Below, in pieces: positions 21,440-31,329 of a stretch of DNA of 64,000 bases; positions within the stretch are counted from its first letter, which is position 1; every line of letters starts with the position of its first letter. The position numbers were made by a program, and so were the translations under genes. Where the stretch lies: positions 2,656,001 to 2,720,000 of the forward strand of contig CAXXJV010000001.1 in assembly GCA_963663475.2 (NCBI GenBank), read 5' to 3'. Under the pieces are notes generated by a model. The model worked only from the letters and a program-made list of their open reading frames with translations. It was not told the DNA's origin and did not search any database. The stretch is from Candidatus Cloacimonadales bacterium (lineage in GTDB: Bacteria > Cloacimonadota > Cloacimonadia > Cloacimonadales > JAFGVF01).

Positions 21440-22178
21440 TTAAAGTTTCCCCCCTACGAGACAAATCGATTATATTTTCCCTTTCTAAGATCTGTAAATT
21501 ATCACTACCTATAAAAGATTTTAAATTATTTCTCAGAGTCTTTCGTCTCATAGCAAATGCAGCATCAACAAGTCTATTGAACAGTGGTAAATTTTCTATA
21601 TTAGGTATATCCTCACGCAATGTTAGCTGAATAACAGCTGAATCAACCCGTGGAGGTGGATAAAATAAATGAGCTGGTACTTTAAAAAGTTGCTTAACAT
21701 TATAGAAAAATTGAGTTTTGAGAGTTAAAGCTGCATATTCTTTAGTGTTAGGCTTAGCCTTGAGTCTATCAGCAAACTCTTTTTGCACCATCAAAGTAAC
21801 AGATGTAATTTTACTAGAATGACGACATATCTTGTATAATAAAGGAGATGTAATCTGATAAGGAATATTAGCAACTATCTTGATAGGTTCTTCTAAAAGA
21901 GGCTGCCAGTCTATCTTTATCACATCACCCTTATGAATAGGAATATTGCTACCAAACTTATCTTTGATAATCTCTATAACATCTTCATCTATTTCAAAAA
22001 GCTCCAAATTAGAAGATATTGCCAGTATCTCTTTTGTTAAAATTCCCTTACCAGGCCCTATCTCCCATATCTTGTCTTCTGCTTTTATCCCAGATTCTAC
22101 TACGATTTTTCTGACTATGTTTGGATCTTTTAAAAAGTTCTGTCCCCATTTCTTTTTGTGCCGAAAGTTATCCTTCAT
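21378..22178 (-). CDS. rsmA: 16S rRNA (A1518/A1519) dimethyltransferase
   Basis: GQNFL, EIGPGKG, VANIPYQIT, PPPRVDS, RRKTLRN. Confidence 0.96.
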   Translation of the reverse strand: MKDNFRHKKKWGQNFLKDPNIVRKIVVESGIKAEDKIWEIGPGKGILTKEILAISSNLELFEIDEDVIEIIKDKFGSNIPIHKGDVIKIDWQPLLEEPIKIVANIPYQITSPLLYKICRHSSKITSVTLMVQKEFADRLKAKPNTKEYAALTLKTQFFYNVKQLFKVPAHLFYPPPRVDSAVIQLTLREDIPNIENLPLFNRLVDAAFAMRRKTLRNNLKSFIGSDNLQILERENIIDLSRRGETLSEEEYLNLYSYLNDVLNFKL

Positions 22179-22502
22179 CTATTAATTCTCACTTGATTAT
22201 AATTTACTTATTTTAATAAATTTAAAATACCCGCCATTTGTGTCAATTGTTATTTACTTAATCTTTATCCTTAAGCAAAATTCTTGCCTTAAATCCAGAT
22301 AGTGTAGTAGAGCTTTTGTAATACTTCGCTAAAGCTAGGTATCACAGGAGAAGAGTGCAGATTATTCTAGCAAAATAGCTTACAGAATTTTGACGCATAT
22401 AATATATTTATTCGGAGAAATTATGGATCTTACTTTTGCAGAAGAATATTCTGCTATTCACAAAGGGCTAGTTCATTATTAGCTTTAACACAAATACCCT
22501 TA

Positions 22503-22583
22503 TCATCCTTAATCCTTCCTTTACAGTCTTTCGATGAAAGTCCCAGTTTCATCGAAAGACTGTAAAGGAAGGATTAAGGATGA
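22503..22583. repeat. Perfect 37-bp inverted repeat with 7-nt loop
   Basis: TCATCCTTAATCCTTCCTTTACAGTCTTTCGATGAAA-GTCCCAG-exact reverse complement. Confidence 0.9.
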
Positions 22584-22599
22584 ATAGAGGAGAATATAG

Positions 22600-22880
22600 T
22601 TTTTTTCTCATTATTTTTGCTAATATTAACAGTTTCTGAGAAAATTAAGGGGGGTAAGAATAAGTGAGAAATAATAAAAGTTGGGTTGTGTGTGTTATAA
22701 GTGGGCTTGCTGGGATTATTGGTATTTTTAATAAATGAGAAAAAAGTGGAATTTCTTAGAAATTCGTAGAAATAAATGAGAAAAATAAAAAAGGCCTATC
22801 TTAGTTGAAAGTCTGCAAAAATAAATGAGAAAAACTAATATAGACCTTTAATAGTCTGCAAGATTAAATGAGAAAACTAT
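22600..22880 (+). promoter_or_regulatory. Left-end array of putative transposase binding sites, consensus AGTCTGCAA(A/G)A(A/T)TAAATGAGAAA
   Basis: Full copies at ~22808-22837 and ~22851-22878; partial copies at ~22731 and ~22772; one inverted partial copy at 22600-22620. Confidence 0.75.
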
Positions 22881-22921
22881 CTATATAGAATTAACTTCAA
22901 CCTCGATTTTGAGAACATTAA

Positions 22922-23347
22922 TTAACTGTTCTGATATTCATCATATAATTTCTGAGCTGTTTGTGTCACAAAATATTGCTGATCTACATCAAATGAGGAT
23001 GGGTAACATTCAGTTCCAATAAGTTTTAAGTTCTTGAAAACAGCGAAACAGTACAGACTGTCATCACCGAATTTAACTAAAGTAGCCAAATACCAAAGAT
23101 CATAATCTGGGGCATTGTCATTTTTTGAACAAAATGGCATCTTGTCTATAGTTGAAATATCAATAAAGCCGTCTATGAGTTCTTTCTGTTCTTCATTATT
23201 CATATTTACAAACTCTAAAGGGAAATGATTTACTAAAGGATATTTAATTATAATAGCTGTTTTTTCATTACCATAAAAATCTCTTGCCACAATGTCATAC
23301 TTCACTGATGAATTTTCAATGATTTCATACTTATAAAAAATCTTCAT
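22922..23347 (-). CDS. Prophage hypothetical protein (possible moron)
   Basis: ORF with AGGAG RBS before ATG 23347. Confidence 0.6.
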   Translation of the reverse strand: MKIFYKYEIIENSSVKYDIVARDFYGNEKTAIIIKYPLVNHFPLEFVNMNNEEQKELIDGFIDISTIDKMPFCSKNDNAPDYDLWYLATLVKFGDDSLYCFAVFKNLKLIGTECYPSSFDVDQQYFVTQTAQKLYDEYQNS

Positions 23348-23481
23348 TATATCTCCTGTTAAGTGGTTAAAGGTCATAAATGTGAATATAGTTTTGTATT
23401 TGTTGCTCCAGGGCAACTATCAATACTATTGTTCACAATAGATTGTTATATATTAAAAAGGATGTAAAATAAATGAGAAAA

Positions 23482-23943
23482 TTAATCCTCTTCTTTGTAA
23501 GCAGCCAAAATTGAATAAACTAAATCACCTAACTCTTTTCTTAAGAGAGTTTCTGTATCTTTACTTGTGCTAACTGGTTTATCTTTGAACTTTATTCCTT
23601 TAGCAGTATAGCTCATGTTGGTATGGAGCTTCTCCATTAACTCAGCACTAAAAGAGAATTCTATGGAGTTAAGATAATACCTAAAGGTTATTATATTGCT
23701 TTTTGCAGTAAAATTGAACGGAGTATCTGAAAATATATCTTTCATATCTAATAATTTTTTGCTGCGAAGAGAGTATTCTTTACAAGTGTCTTCCTGAACA
23801 CTTATTGCTTCAAGTGCATTTTTTACATAATTATGAATATAATCCGATTTGATAAGCGTTTCTAATATTTTTGCATTCCTATTGTTAGTGTTGTTTTGTT
23901 CAATAACTCTTCTTGTGTTTTCTTGTTGTTGCTTTAAATCCAT
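23482..23943 (-). CDS. Prophage hypothetical protein
   Basis: 153-aa ORF with AGGAGG RBS, downstream of the repressor. Confidence 0.65.
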   Translation of the reverse strand: MDLKQQQENTRRVIEQNNTNNRNAKILETLIKSDYIHNYVKNALEAISVQEDTCKEYSLRSKKLLDMKDIFSDTPFNFTAKSNIITFRYYLNSIEFSFSAELMEKLHTNMSYTAKGIKFKDKPVSTSKDTETLLRKELGDLVYSILAAYKEED

Positions 23944-24000
23944 TAATCCTCCTAGTTTTTTCTGTAAGTATTTTATTAGTAAATACTATATTATATAGTA

Positions 24001-24753
24001 TTATTTATAACTCCTTATAAGGAATTCTAATACTCCCAGCATAGCTATTGAGGAGTATTGATTTATTAAAATAGGTTTGTAGTCATCATTGATTGGCATT
24101 AACCAGGAGCATTCATTTTCGTGGTCCAGCTTAAGTAATTTAAGGGTGATACCATCATCTAATCTGACTGCTACAATTCGGTTATCCATATCATCATAGT
24201 CATATATCTTATTAACTATAACGACATCGTTATGCTGTATCTCTGGACTCATGCTCCATCCATTTACCCTGAAGCAAAAAAAGTTTTCAGGATCACTGAT
24301 CAGTTCTGAGGAAACAAGTATTTTACCCAATACATCAACTTCTCTAACTTCTAAAGGGTTACCTGCTGCAATTTCACCTACAATTGGAAGTGAAACAACA
24401 GAGGAAGGATCATTAATGCTCTTAGCTTGTTCATCATCTAGTTTTGATTTACCTAGGTCGATGTACTGTTTGAGTTTGTCGGCATTGAGTTCTGTTTTGT
24501 GTTTAGGAGGATGGTCCTGGTCTTTGGAGAGGAACATCTCCCCTGTCCCATTAGATAACCAATTCAAATTAACATTATACTTATTTGATATATTATTTAG
24601 AACTGAATAGGCTGGTTCAACCTTACCTTTCTCATACCTGTTATAATTACCTTGAGTTAAACCTAAAGTTTCTGCAAAACTTTTCTGAGTTAAATCAAAA
24701 TATTTTCTAAGTTCTAAAAGCCTATCTTTTAACAAGTTATAATACCTCACCAA
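24001..24753 (-). CDS. CI-like repressor (XRE HTH plus S24 peptidase)
   Basis: LTQKSFAETLGLTQGNYNRYEKG HTH; IAAG cleavage site; V.GWSM.P Ser and TLK Lys catalytic motifs. Confidence 0.92.
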   Translation of the reverse strand: MVRYYNLLKDRLLELRKYFDLTQKSFAETLGLTQGNYNRYEKGKVEPAYSVLNNISNKYNVNLNWLSNGTGEMFLSKDQDHPPKHKTELNADKLKQYIDLGKSKLDDEQAKSINDPSSVVSLPIVGEIAAGNPLEVREVDVLGKILVSSELISDPENFFCFRVNGWSMSPEIQHNDVVIVNKIYDYDDMDNRIVAVRLDDGITLKLLKLDHENECSWLMPINDDYKPILINQYSSIAMLGVLEFLIRSYK

Positions 24754-24882
24754 TTTGAATTATATCTGATATGATATTTTTATATTGACAGAACTCATAT
24801 ATGATATATTTATTGTCCTATCTATGGACAGACTAAAAAAGATATTTAGATAAGTCAAGAAAAATAATTAAAGGAGATAAAA

Positions 24883-25167
24883 ATGAAGTATGAAGCAAGA
24901 GAAATAAGAGCTGCTATGACTGCGAATTCTTTATCTAATGATTTATTAACAGATTATATAAATCAGGAGATTGGAAAGGACCTGAAACCTGATAGTATTA
25001 GGAGAATAATCATGGGAGTTCGTAATAATGCAGAAGTTGAGAAAGTGATAGAAGATTTGCTGGGTCCTTGGATTGAAAGTCACAGAGAAGTCCTTAAAAA
25101 CAAGATTATTGAAGGAGCTATGATACCAGAACATGTTGTTAATGAAAAAATAAGCAGAGGAGAGTAA
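24883..25167 (+). CDS. Probable Ner/Cro-like regulator
   Basis: Small helical protein divergent from the repressor, first gene of the early operon. Confidence 0.55.
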   Translation: MKYEAREIRAAMTANSLSNDLLTDYINQEIGKDLKPDSIRRIIMGVRNNAEVEKVIEDLLGPWIESHREVLKNKIIEGAMIPEHVVNEKISRGE

Positions 25168-25168
25168 G

Positions 25169-25579
25169 ATGCTAGATTATAATGACAGTAAATATAATTC
25201 AGGTAAAAAGGTTATAATTGAAGATGATACAATTACAGAATTTATGCATAAGAAAGGTAGTATAGACATTTCAATAGTTAGATATATCATATTAGACAAT
25301 GGTACACTAGGGATTGATCATATGCACAAGTTGTCCTGCATTGATGAAAAGGATGCTTTCAATGAGTTTTGCAAGATAAGAAGATGTGACTATGGAACTA
25401 CGGTAAATTATTATCTTTGGGAGCTTTTTAATAATAAAAGTATCATATTAAGTTCTCGATACCCGACAACTACAGCATGTTTTATGCTTGAAGGCATTCT
25501 TAATGAAGTGAAGAAGGTTGCAATCAAGAAGTTTATGGAAATGAACAATTTAGAATTCAAACCAGATCAATTACATTAG
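25169..25579 (+). CDS. Phage hypothetical protein
   Basis: ORF in early operon with RBS. Confidence 0.6.
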   Translation: MLDYNDSKYNSGKKVIIEDDTITEFMHKKGSIDISIVRYIILDNGTLGIDHMHKLSCIDEKDAFNEFCKIRRCDYGTTVNYYLWELFNNKSIILSSRYPTTTACFMLEGILNEVKKVAIKKFMEMNNLEFKPDQLH

Positions 25580-25590
25580 TAGGAGTAAGC

Positions 25591-25851
25591 ATGATAACCA
25601 CCATAGTAATATTATCAGTAATAGTAGTTTTGTTAGTGATGCACGACATATCAGGGATAGGAAAAGAAACGGATTTAGAGAAGAAGAATTTCGCTTTAAA
25701 AGCTAGTAATTACAGGTTAAATCAAGAGAACACCAAGCTAAAAGCAAGCAATGAAAAAATGAAATTAGCTTGGTGTAACATGAAAAGTGTATTGCCATTA
25801 GATTTAGAGCAGAAAATAAGTCAAGAAAAATCGGGAGAAACCTCCTCCTAG
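25591..25851 (+). CDS. Small membrane-anchored coiled-coil protein
   Basis: N-terminal TM helix followed by a heptad pattern; AGGAG RBS. Confidence 0.6.
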   Translation: MITTIVILSVIVVLLVMHDISGIGKETDLEKKNFALKASNYRLNQENTKLKASNEKMKLAWCNMKSVLPLDLEQKISQEKSGETSS

Positions 25852-25911
25852 TTACCATAAAGAACCCGCATCTTGTGGAGGTGCGGGCTATTATGGTAAT
25901 TAGAAAAGGAG

Positions 25912-28644
25912 ATGCTTATGTGGTTAACATATAAAGAATTGATGGCGTTCTATGATATTAGTAGAAGAACAGCTGTACGTAGAAAAGACAGCGGAGAATG
26001 GCCCACCAGGAAGATTAAGAATCCTAAGGGTGGAAAAGCTATAGCTTTCTTCTTTATTGCAGAAGCAGACCAACATGCCATTTTTGAAGATAATGGTGTA
26101 GATCGTTCTCAAATCCAATGTGCCACTTCTGAAGACCTAGTTATAGAAAATGTAAAAAATTTTGTTTCTGAAGATGGAAAAAAGGAAAAAATGGCAGACC
26201 CGGCTCTGCCAAAAAGTGAAAATCAACGTGCCAAAATTGATAAAAGCTTGAAAAATATAGAAGATAGCATTATGCCACAACGTGCCACCAATATGCCAAA
26301 CAAAAACCAACGTGCCATCAATGTGCAAAATGAAAATCAATGTGCCACCAACGTGCCAAATGAAAATCAAGGTGGAAGTGGTTTTGGTGAAGAGAAGAAC
26401 CACCCCGTCTTGGAAAGGGCGAAAAATGTTTCGCCCCTACGAGGGGAATTAATGCCGACAGGGATGTCGGCGCTCCCAGTAGATCCATTAAGATGGATTC
26501 CTTTAGATAGAGCTAGTGCTTTGTCTGGGTTAAGCGAAAGGACTCTATATAGAAGAATAGAGAGTGGAGAGCTTTATTCAATCACTGTGCCTGATAAATT
26601 GAGTAAGCAGAGAGCATTGATAGAGGTTTCAGGTTTTTCAAATGAGGTTGTGGCTCGGTGGAGAGCAGAGGTATTGGCAAATAATAATGATTTGGCAAGT
26701 ATTCTTCATCAGGAGAAGAAGGAGTTTGAGCTTCATTGCAAAGATGATAAGGATGTAGCTTGGGCTCGTAAAAGCATAATTGAAGAATATTATAATTACA
26801 GGAAATTAGCTAAAGCGAGTGGTACTTCTTTAACGACAGCCTGTAAGCAATTTGAAATAAAGCTAAATAATAATGAGTTGTTACCAGGTATATTAAAGAG
26901 GTTAGGTGCTGTTTCTGTGAGTATAAAGACTATAAAGAAATGGGAGAAAACTTGGAGAGACAGCGGAAATAATACTTACCCAGTTAGTTTATTGGATAAT
27001 AAGAAGGGTAAGGTAGGAAGAAAGAGTCTTGTAAGTAGCAAATTAGAGAAAGAAATAGAGTATTATGCAACATCTTATAAAGATTTTCCTGCCAGTGAGA
27101 TATACAGGGTTTTAAGTGAAAGTGCTGCTTTAATAGGAGAAGAGCTTCCAATAAGTGTAAGGACTTTGACTAATTTAGTAAATAAAATCAGATCTGATAA
27201 AGCTAAGTTAGCTTTGATGAAAGGTAAGAAATGGGAAAAGGATAATTTAAGACCTCATGTAAAGAGAATCAATAATGCTTTACCTGGCCAGATAGTAGAG
27301 AGTGACGGGCATAAGCTGAATAACTTAGTATATTCTCCATTTTATGCTCATAAATCAGAGTTTAAGTATTTAGTAAGACCTCAACTGATGGTTTGGTATG
27401 ATGTAGGAACAGGATTTATATTAGATGGGACTTTGACATTATCAGAGAATAGAAATGTGGTCAGGACTTCTTTAAGATATGCAATTCTAAAAGGTGGATT
27501 ACCTGATGAGGTTAGATTAGATAACGGTCCTGCATATAAGAATGCTGATTTTGTACCTTTAGCTTATGCAGGTAAGAAAAGACTAACACCTGCTGTAAAA
27601 AGAGCTAAAGAGATGTTAAGCAAGGGAGATAAGGGATTATATGCTAATTTGGGCATTTCCTGTAGATTTACGATACCTGGTAATCCTGAATCAAAGAGTA
27701 TTGAACCATTTTGGGGTTTCTGTGTATCAATGTTTGAGAAGATATTCCCTGTTTGGATTGGTAATAATATTCAAAACAGACCTGATATTCTTAAACTTAC
27801 CAATGCTGTTTTAATGAAACGATACGGCAAGTATATACCAACCTGGGAACAATATGATGAACTGCTTCAGAGGTTTATACAGGTATGGAATAACAGGAAA
27901 AGAGGATGTTTAGTTAATGGCAGAGGTGAAACACTTTCTCCACAAGAAGCTTATTCTCAGGTAGAACACAAGACTCTTCCTTTAGAGGAGTTAGAGAGAA
28001 TAACAAAATTTGCTTATCCTAACCCATATATGGTCAGTAGAGGGCGAATAAATGTTAATGGCATATTATATTGGCATCCAAGTTTTAGAGCCTTAGAGGG
28101 CAAGAATGTTAACACTTACTATGACGAGAAGAATATAAAGGAAGTTACTATTGGTACTGAATATGGTGAGATTTTTCAACAACCAGCAATGATAGTTTAT
28201 CCAGGTCTGCAAGTAGGTGATGACATGGGTGCTTATATTGAAGCACGCCACCAAGAAAAAGTAATGATGTCTGTTTATGCTGCAATTAATGAGGCAGGCG
28301 GAAATGTGGCCCGTAATAGGATAATGCTTGAAGCTACTTCAGATACAGTATTTATCCAGGATAAGAAACAAGATAAGATTAAACAAGGTGATAAGATGCT
28401 TATGCCTTCACCAAATAACAATTCTGAACATGCTATTAAGCTTATTCCTGAAGATGAAATCACAATTACTGAAGATGATATAGCTAAATCTAAGCAAGCC
28501 AGTGAAGAGGCTGAGATTGAGAGTGAAGAAATTGAGAATGAGAAGATTAAGAGTATTATGCAGAAGATAAGAGAGAATCAAGAAGAAGAAATTGAAGAAG
28601 ATGATGAGATAGAGAGTATTTTGAGAGAGATGGGAGTGAGTTAA
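25912..28644 (+). CDS. Mu-like DDE transposase (MuA)
   Basis: 910 aa; two N-terminal excisionase-like HTHs; ESDGH, RLDNGPAY and SKSIEPF DDE triad; followed by an AAA ATPase. Confidence 0.9.
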   Translation: MLMWLTYKELMAFYDISRRTAVRRKDSGEWPTRKIKNPKGGKAIAFFFIAEADQHAIFEDNGVDRSQIQCATSEDLVIENVKNFVSEDGKKEKMADPALPKSENQRAKIDKSLKNIEDSIMPQRATNMPNKNQRAINVQNENQCATNVPNENQGGSGFGEEKNHPVLERAKNVSPLRGELMPTGMSALPVDPLRWIPLDRASALSGLSERTLYRRIESGELYSITVPDKLSKQRALIEVSGFSNEVVARWRAEVLANNNDLASILHQEKKEFELHCKDDKDVAWARKSIIEEYYNYRKLAKASGTSLTTACKQFEIKLNNNELLPGILKRLGAVSVSIKTIKKWEKTWRDSGNNTYPVSLLDNKKGKVGRKSLVSSKLEKEIEYYATSYKDFPASEIYRVLSESAALIGEELPISVRTLTNLVNKIRSDKAKLALMKGKKWEKDNLRPHVKRINNALPGQIVESDGHKLNNLVYSPFYAHKSEFKYLVRPQLMVWYDVGTGFILDGTLTLSENRNVVRTSLRYAILKGGLPDEVRLDNGPAYKNADFVPLAYAGKKRLTPAVKRAKEMLSKGDKGLYANLGISCRFTIPGNPESKSIEPFWGFCVSMFEKIFPVWIGNNIQNRPDILKLTNAVLMKRYGKYIPTWEQYDELLQRFIQVWNNRKRGCLVNGRGETLSPQEAYSQVEHKTLPLEELERITKFAYPNPYMVSRGRINVNGILYWHPSFRALEGKNVNTYYDEKNIKEVTIGTEYGEIFQQPAMIVYPGLQVGDDMGAYIEARHQEKVMMSVYAAINEAGGNVARNRIMLEATSDTVFIQDKKQDKIKQGDKMLMPSPNNNSEHAIKLIPEDEITITEDDIAKSKQASEEAEIESEEIENEKIKSIMQKIRENQEEEIEEDDEIESILREMGVS

Positions 28645-28693
28645 TGCGGGTAAGATGCCCGCGTTCCCAGTTAATAAAGATAAAGGAGTAGAA

Positions 28694-29443
28694 ATGAAAA
28701 GTGTATTGTATTCAACACAAAATGTAAAGAAGGCACAGAATGTATTAAAGGATGTGTGCAGAACAAAATCAGGTGATTTAGTGGTATTATACGGCTATAC
28801 TGGGACAGGTAAAAGTCAGTATGCTAAAAAGAATTTCGCCCAGAAAGACTGGGGATATTACAGGATTCAGAGTGTAGAAAGCGGTAGATCCTTTGCAATG
28901 GAGATATATCAGAGACTTCATTACCTGTACACTGGTTCTCATATTCATGCAAGCGGTCATGCTTCTACACTGGTAAAAAAGAGTATCGACTTATGGCAAG
29001 AGATTAACTATATCAGGGCTAATCAAGGTCAACTTCCTTTAGTATTCTTTGTTGATGAGGTTAATAATGCTATAAAACGCAGAGCCTGGGATATTTTGGA
29101 AATCATGAGAGACTTTAGAGATACTGCTGAAGCAAAGATTGTTCTGATTGGAGAAGAAAATACCAGGGCTAAGATAGAGAAATATGACTCCCATTACTCA
29201 GGAAGAGTAACGAATTGGTGCAACTTTGAGATACCTTCACAAGAAGATATAGTTGGTGTGATTACCTCCAGTATGGAAGTAGAAGCTACTCCTGGTGTCT
29301 ATAAAATGATGATAGCTGGAATGGGTGGAAGTTTGCACGCATTAGAGAGATACATAAAACTTTGTGAGAGTGTTGCTAATCAGTATAATTTAGCACTAAT
29401 GGATATTGAATCAATTAAGAAATACAAGATTGAGTTTAGGTAG
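28694..29443 (+). CDS. MuB-like AAA+ transposition ATPase
   Basis: GYTGTGKS Walker A, FFVDE Walker B, MRDFRD, IVLIGE; start at ATG 28694 with AAGGAG RBS. Confidence 0.88.
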   Translation: MKSVLYSTQNVKKAQNVLKDVCRTKSGDLVVLYGYTGTGKSQYAKKNFAQKDWGYYRIQSVESGRSFAMEIYQRLHYLYTGSHIHASGHASTLVKKSIDLWQEINYIRANQGQLPLVFFVDEVNNAIKRRAWDILEIMRDFRDTAEAKIVLIGEENTRAKIEKYDSHYSGRVTNWCNFEIPSQEDIVGVITSSMEVEATPGVYKMMIAGMGGSLHALERYIKLCESVANQYNLALMDIESIKKYKIEFR

Positions 29444-29448
29444 GATAA

Positions 29449-30015
29449 ATGTCAATAGCACAAGAGAGAACAATAAGAAACTATATTTATCAGATGAGAA
29501 CAGCATTTTCACTTCAAGAAGTTCATGAGAATACAGATATACCTAAGACTTCAGCATTTCGGATAATCCATAAGTTATTAGAAAATGGAGAGATTGAAAA
29601 GACAGGTGCTTCAGTAAGTCCACAGAGGTATAAGGCTGTGATAAGAGTTGCTAAATCACCTAAAGGGGACTTTGATAAGAGGGCGGACAAGTTGACCACT
29701 ATCAGACAAGAAGAGGTAGCAGATAAGGCAAAGGAATTAGGTGTAAGTACTAGGACTGTTTACAGGATTGAGAAGAGAGTGGCCGAAGGTAAAGAAGCTG
29801 ATCCATTCGCAGAAGTTGAAGAGTCATATATTTATCCATATATGAAAACCATCGTAGCAGAAGCTTATAAAATAGGTAAAATATCGATAGATAAAACTGC
29901 TGAACTAATGGGATGTGATGAGAATCAAGCCCGTGGAATACTTCAACATATGGAAGTATTAGAATTAGTTCGGTTAGAAGATAAAGAATATATTCCTTTA
30001 AGGAGAATATCATGA
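29449..30015 (+). CDS. Winged-HTH DNA-binding protein
   Basis: Several HTH-like segments (e.g. AKELGVSTRTVYRI). Confidence 0.65.
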   Translation: MSIAQERTIRNYIYQMRTAFSLQEVHENTDIPKTSAFRIIHKLLENGEIEKTGASVSPQRYKAVIRVAKSPKGDFDKRADKLTTIRQEEVADKAKELGVSTRTVYRIEKRVAEGKEADPFAEVEESYIYPYMKTIVAEAYKIGKISIDKTAELMGCDENQARGILQHMEVLELVRLEDKEYIPLRRIS

Positions 30016-30569
30016 GTAGTGCAAATCAAAAGAAGAATGCTCTGGTGGCAGGGATGCCACCAGTCCATAGCCCTAAACAAGAAGCTTATGCTAAGAGCTT
30101 GAGACAGCATATAATGATAAGCAGTAAGAAGCAACACAATTGGAGCAATGAAGAATTTCATGACATGTTGAAGTCCTGGGGATTCGGTAGTTCTTTAAGA
30201 AAGCTAACAATTCAGCAACTTCAGACTGTGCTGAGGATTGTTAAGGGAGACGAAAATCCTAAGCAGAAAGAAGTTTCTCCAAGAGAAAAATACGGAATTG
30301 GTAGGTTTGATAAACAAGGTGATTATGTATGGAGTTTAATCCAACAGGTTGGTTGGACTAATGATAGATTTAGGAAGTTTATTGGAAAGCATTATCAGAC
30401 TGTACATTGGAATGCTTTAGAACCTAAAGAAAGGAGTGGTTGTATTGCTATGCTTAAGAATTATTTGAAGAAAGTGGAGAGGAATCTATCCAGGAGTCTT
30501 CGCAAAGCTACGCCATCCCAGGCTAATTACACAAATTACACTAAAAATCAAGAAGGAGAAAAACGATGA
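30012..30569 (+). CDS. GemA/DUF1018-like protein
   Basis: SSLRKLTIQQLQTVL and C-terminal CIAMLK patterns; typical Mu early-region position. Confidence 0.65.
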   Translation: MSSANQKKNALVAGMPPVHSPKQEAYAKSLRQHIMISSKKQHNWSNEEFHDMLKSWGFGSSLRKLTIQQLQTVLRIVKGDENPKQKEVSPREKYGIGRFDKQGDYVWSLIQQVGWTNDRFRKFIGKHYQTVHWNALEPKERSGCIAMLKNYLKKVERNLSRSLRKATPSQANYTNYTKNQEGEKR

Positions 30570-31312
30570 GTAGAGAATTATTTGGAAGAAGCAAAATTAA
30601 TGGCGGAGATGAAAGGAAGATGCCGACAGGGATGTCGGCGCTCCCAGTGGAGATGACACCAGAAGAGAGATTTAAGGCTGTTGAAGTAATGAAAGGCAGG
30701 TTAGAAGAAGACTTTATTAGCCTAGGAGAGATACTTTCTGAGATAAAGAGCAAACGCATATTCAAGATTAAAGGTTATAAGAACTTTAGAGATTTTGTAG
30801 AGATTGAACATAACCTGCCTGCAAGTGTTGCTAATAAGTTAGTTAAGATTTATGATTACTTTATTAAAGATATGGGCATTGATTCTGCTACAGTTCAGGA
30901 GATAGGTTTGGATAGATTGAATACTATTCATCCTCTTATTAAAGATTCTGATTATGTAGTCCAGGAGGAGTGGTTAAAACAAGCTGAAGAACTATCTCAA
31001 CAAGAGCTTAGTGAGAAGGTGAAGGAGATAAGAGTTAAGAAAAAAGAGGATTCTAAGACATTAAAAGATGTCTTAGTTGAGCAGTTTATTGATAACATGA
31101 AAGGTTACTTTAATTGTTCTGGGAAAGAACTTAACTATAAATTAGCACTCTACTTCCAGGATATGGATTTAGACAAAATTAATGAGGTGATAAGAGAGAA
31201 GCAGAGAAGATTTGAAGAGCAAATTGAAGAGTCCACCCCGTCAGTGAAATACACTGACACCCCTCCACAGAGGGGAATTAATGCGGGCAAGGATGCCCAC
31301 AATCCCAGTTAA
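30566..31312 (+). CDS. Phage hypothetical (helical, possibly DNA-binding) protein
   Basis: 248 aa with LGEIL..IK...GY.NF.DF pattern; REP-derived peptides at both ends. Confidence 0.6.
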   Translation: MSRELFGRSKINGGDERKMPTGMSALPVEMTPEERFKAVEVMKGRLEEDFISLGEILSEIKSKRIFKIKGYKNFRDFVEIEHNLPASVANKLVKIYDYFIKDMGIDSATVQEIGLDRLNTIHPLIKDSDYVVQEEWLKQAEELSQQELSEKVKEIRVKKKEDSKTLKDVLVEQFIDNMKGYFNCSGKELNYKLALYFQDMDLDKINEVIREKQRRFEEQIEESTPSVKYTDTPPQRGINAGKDAHNPS

Positions 31313-31329
31313 TAAAAGAGGAGTAAAGA

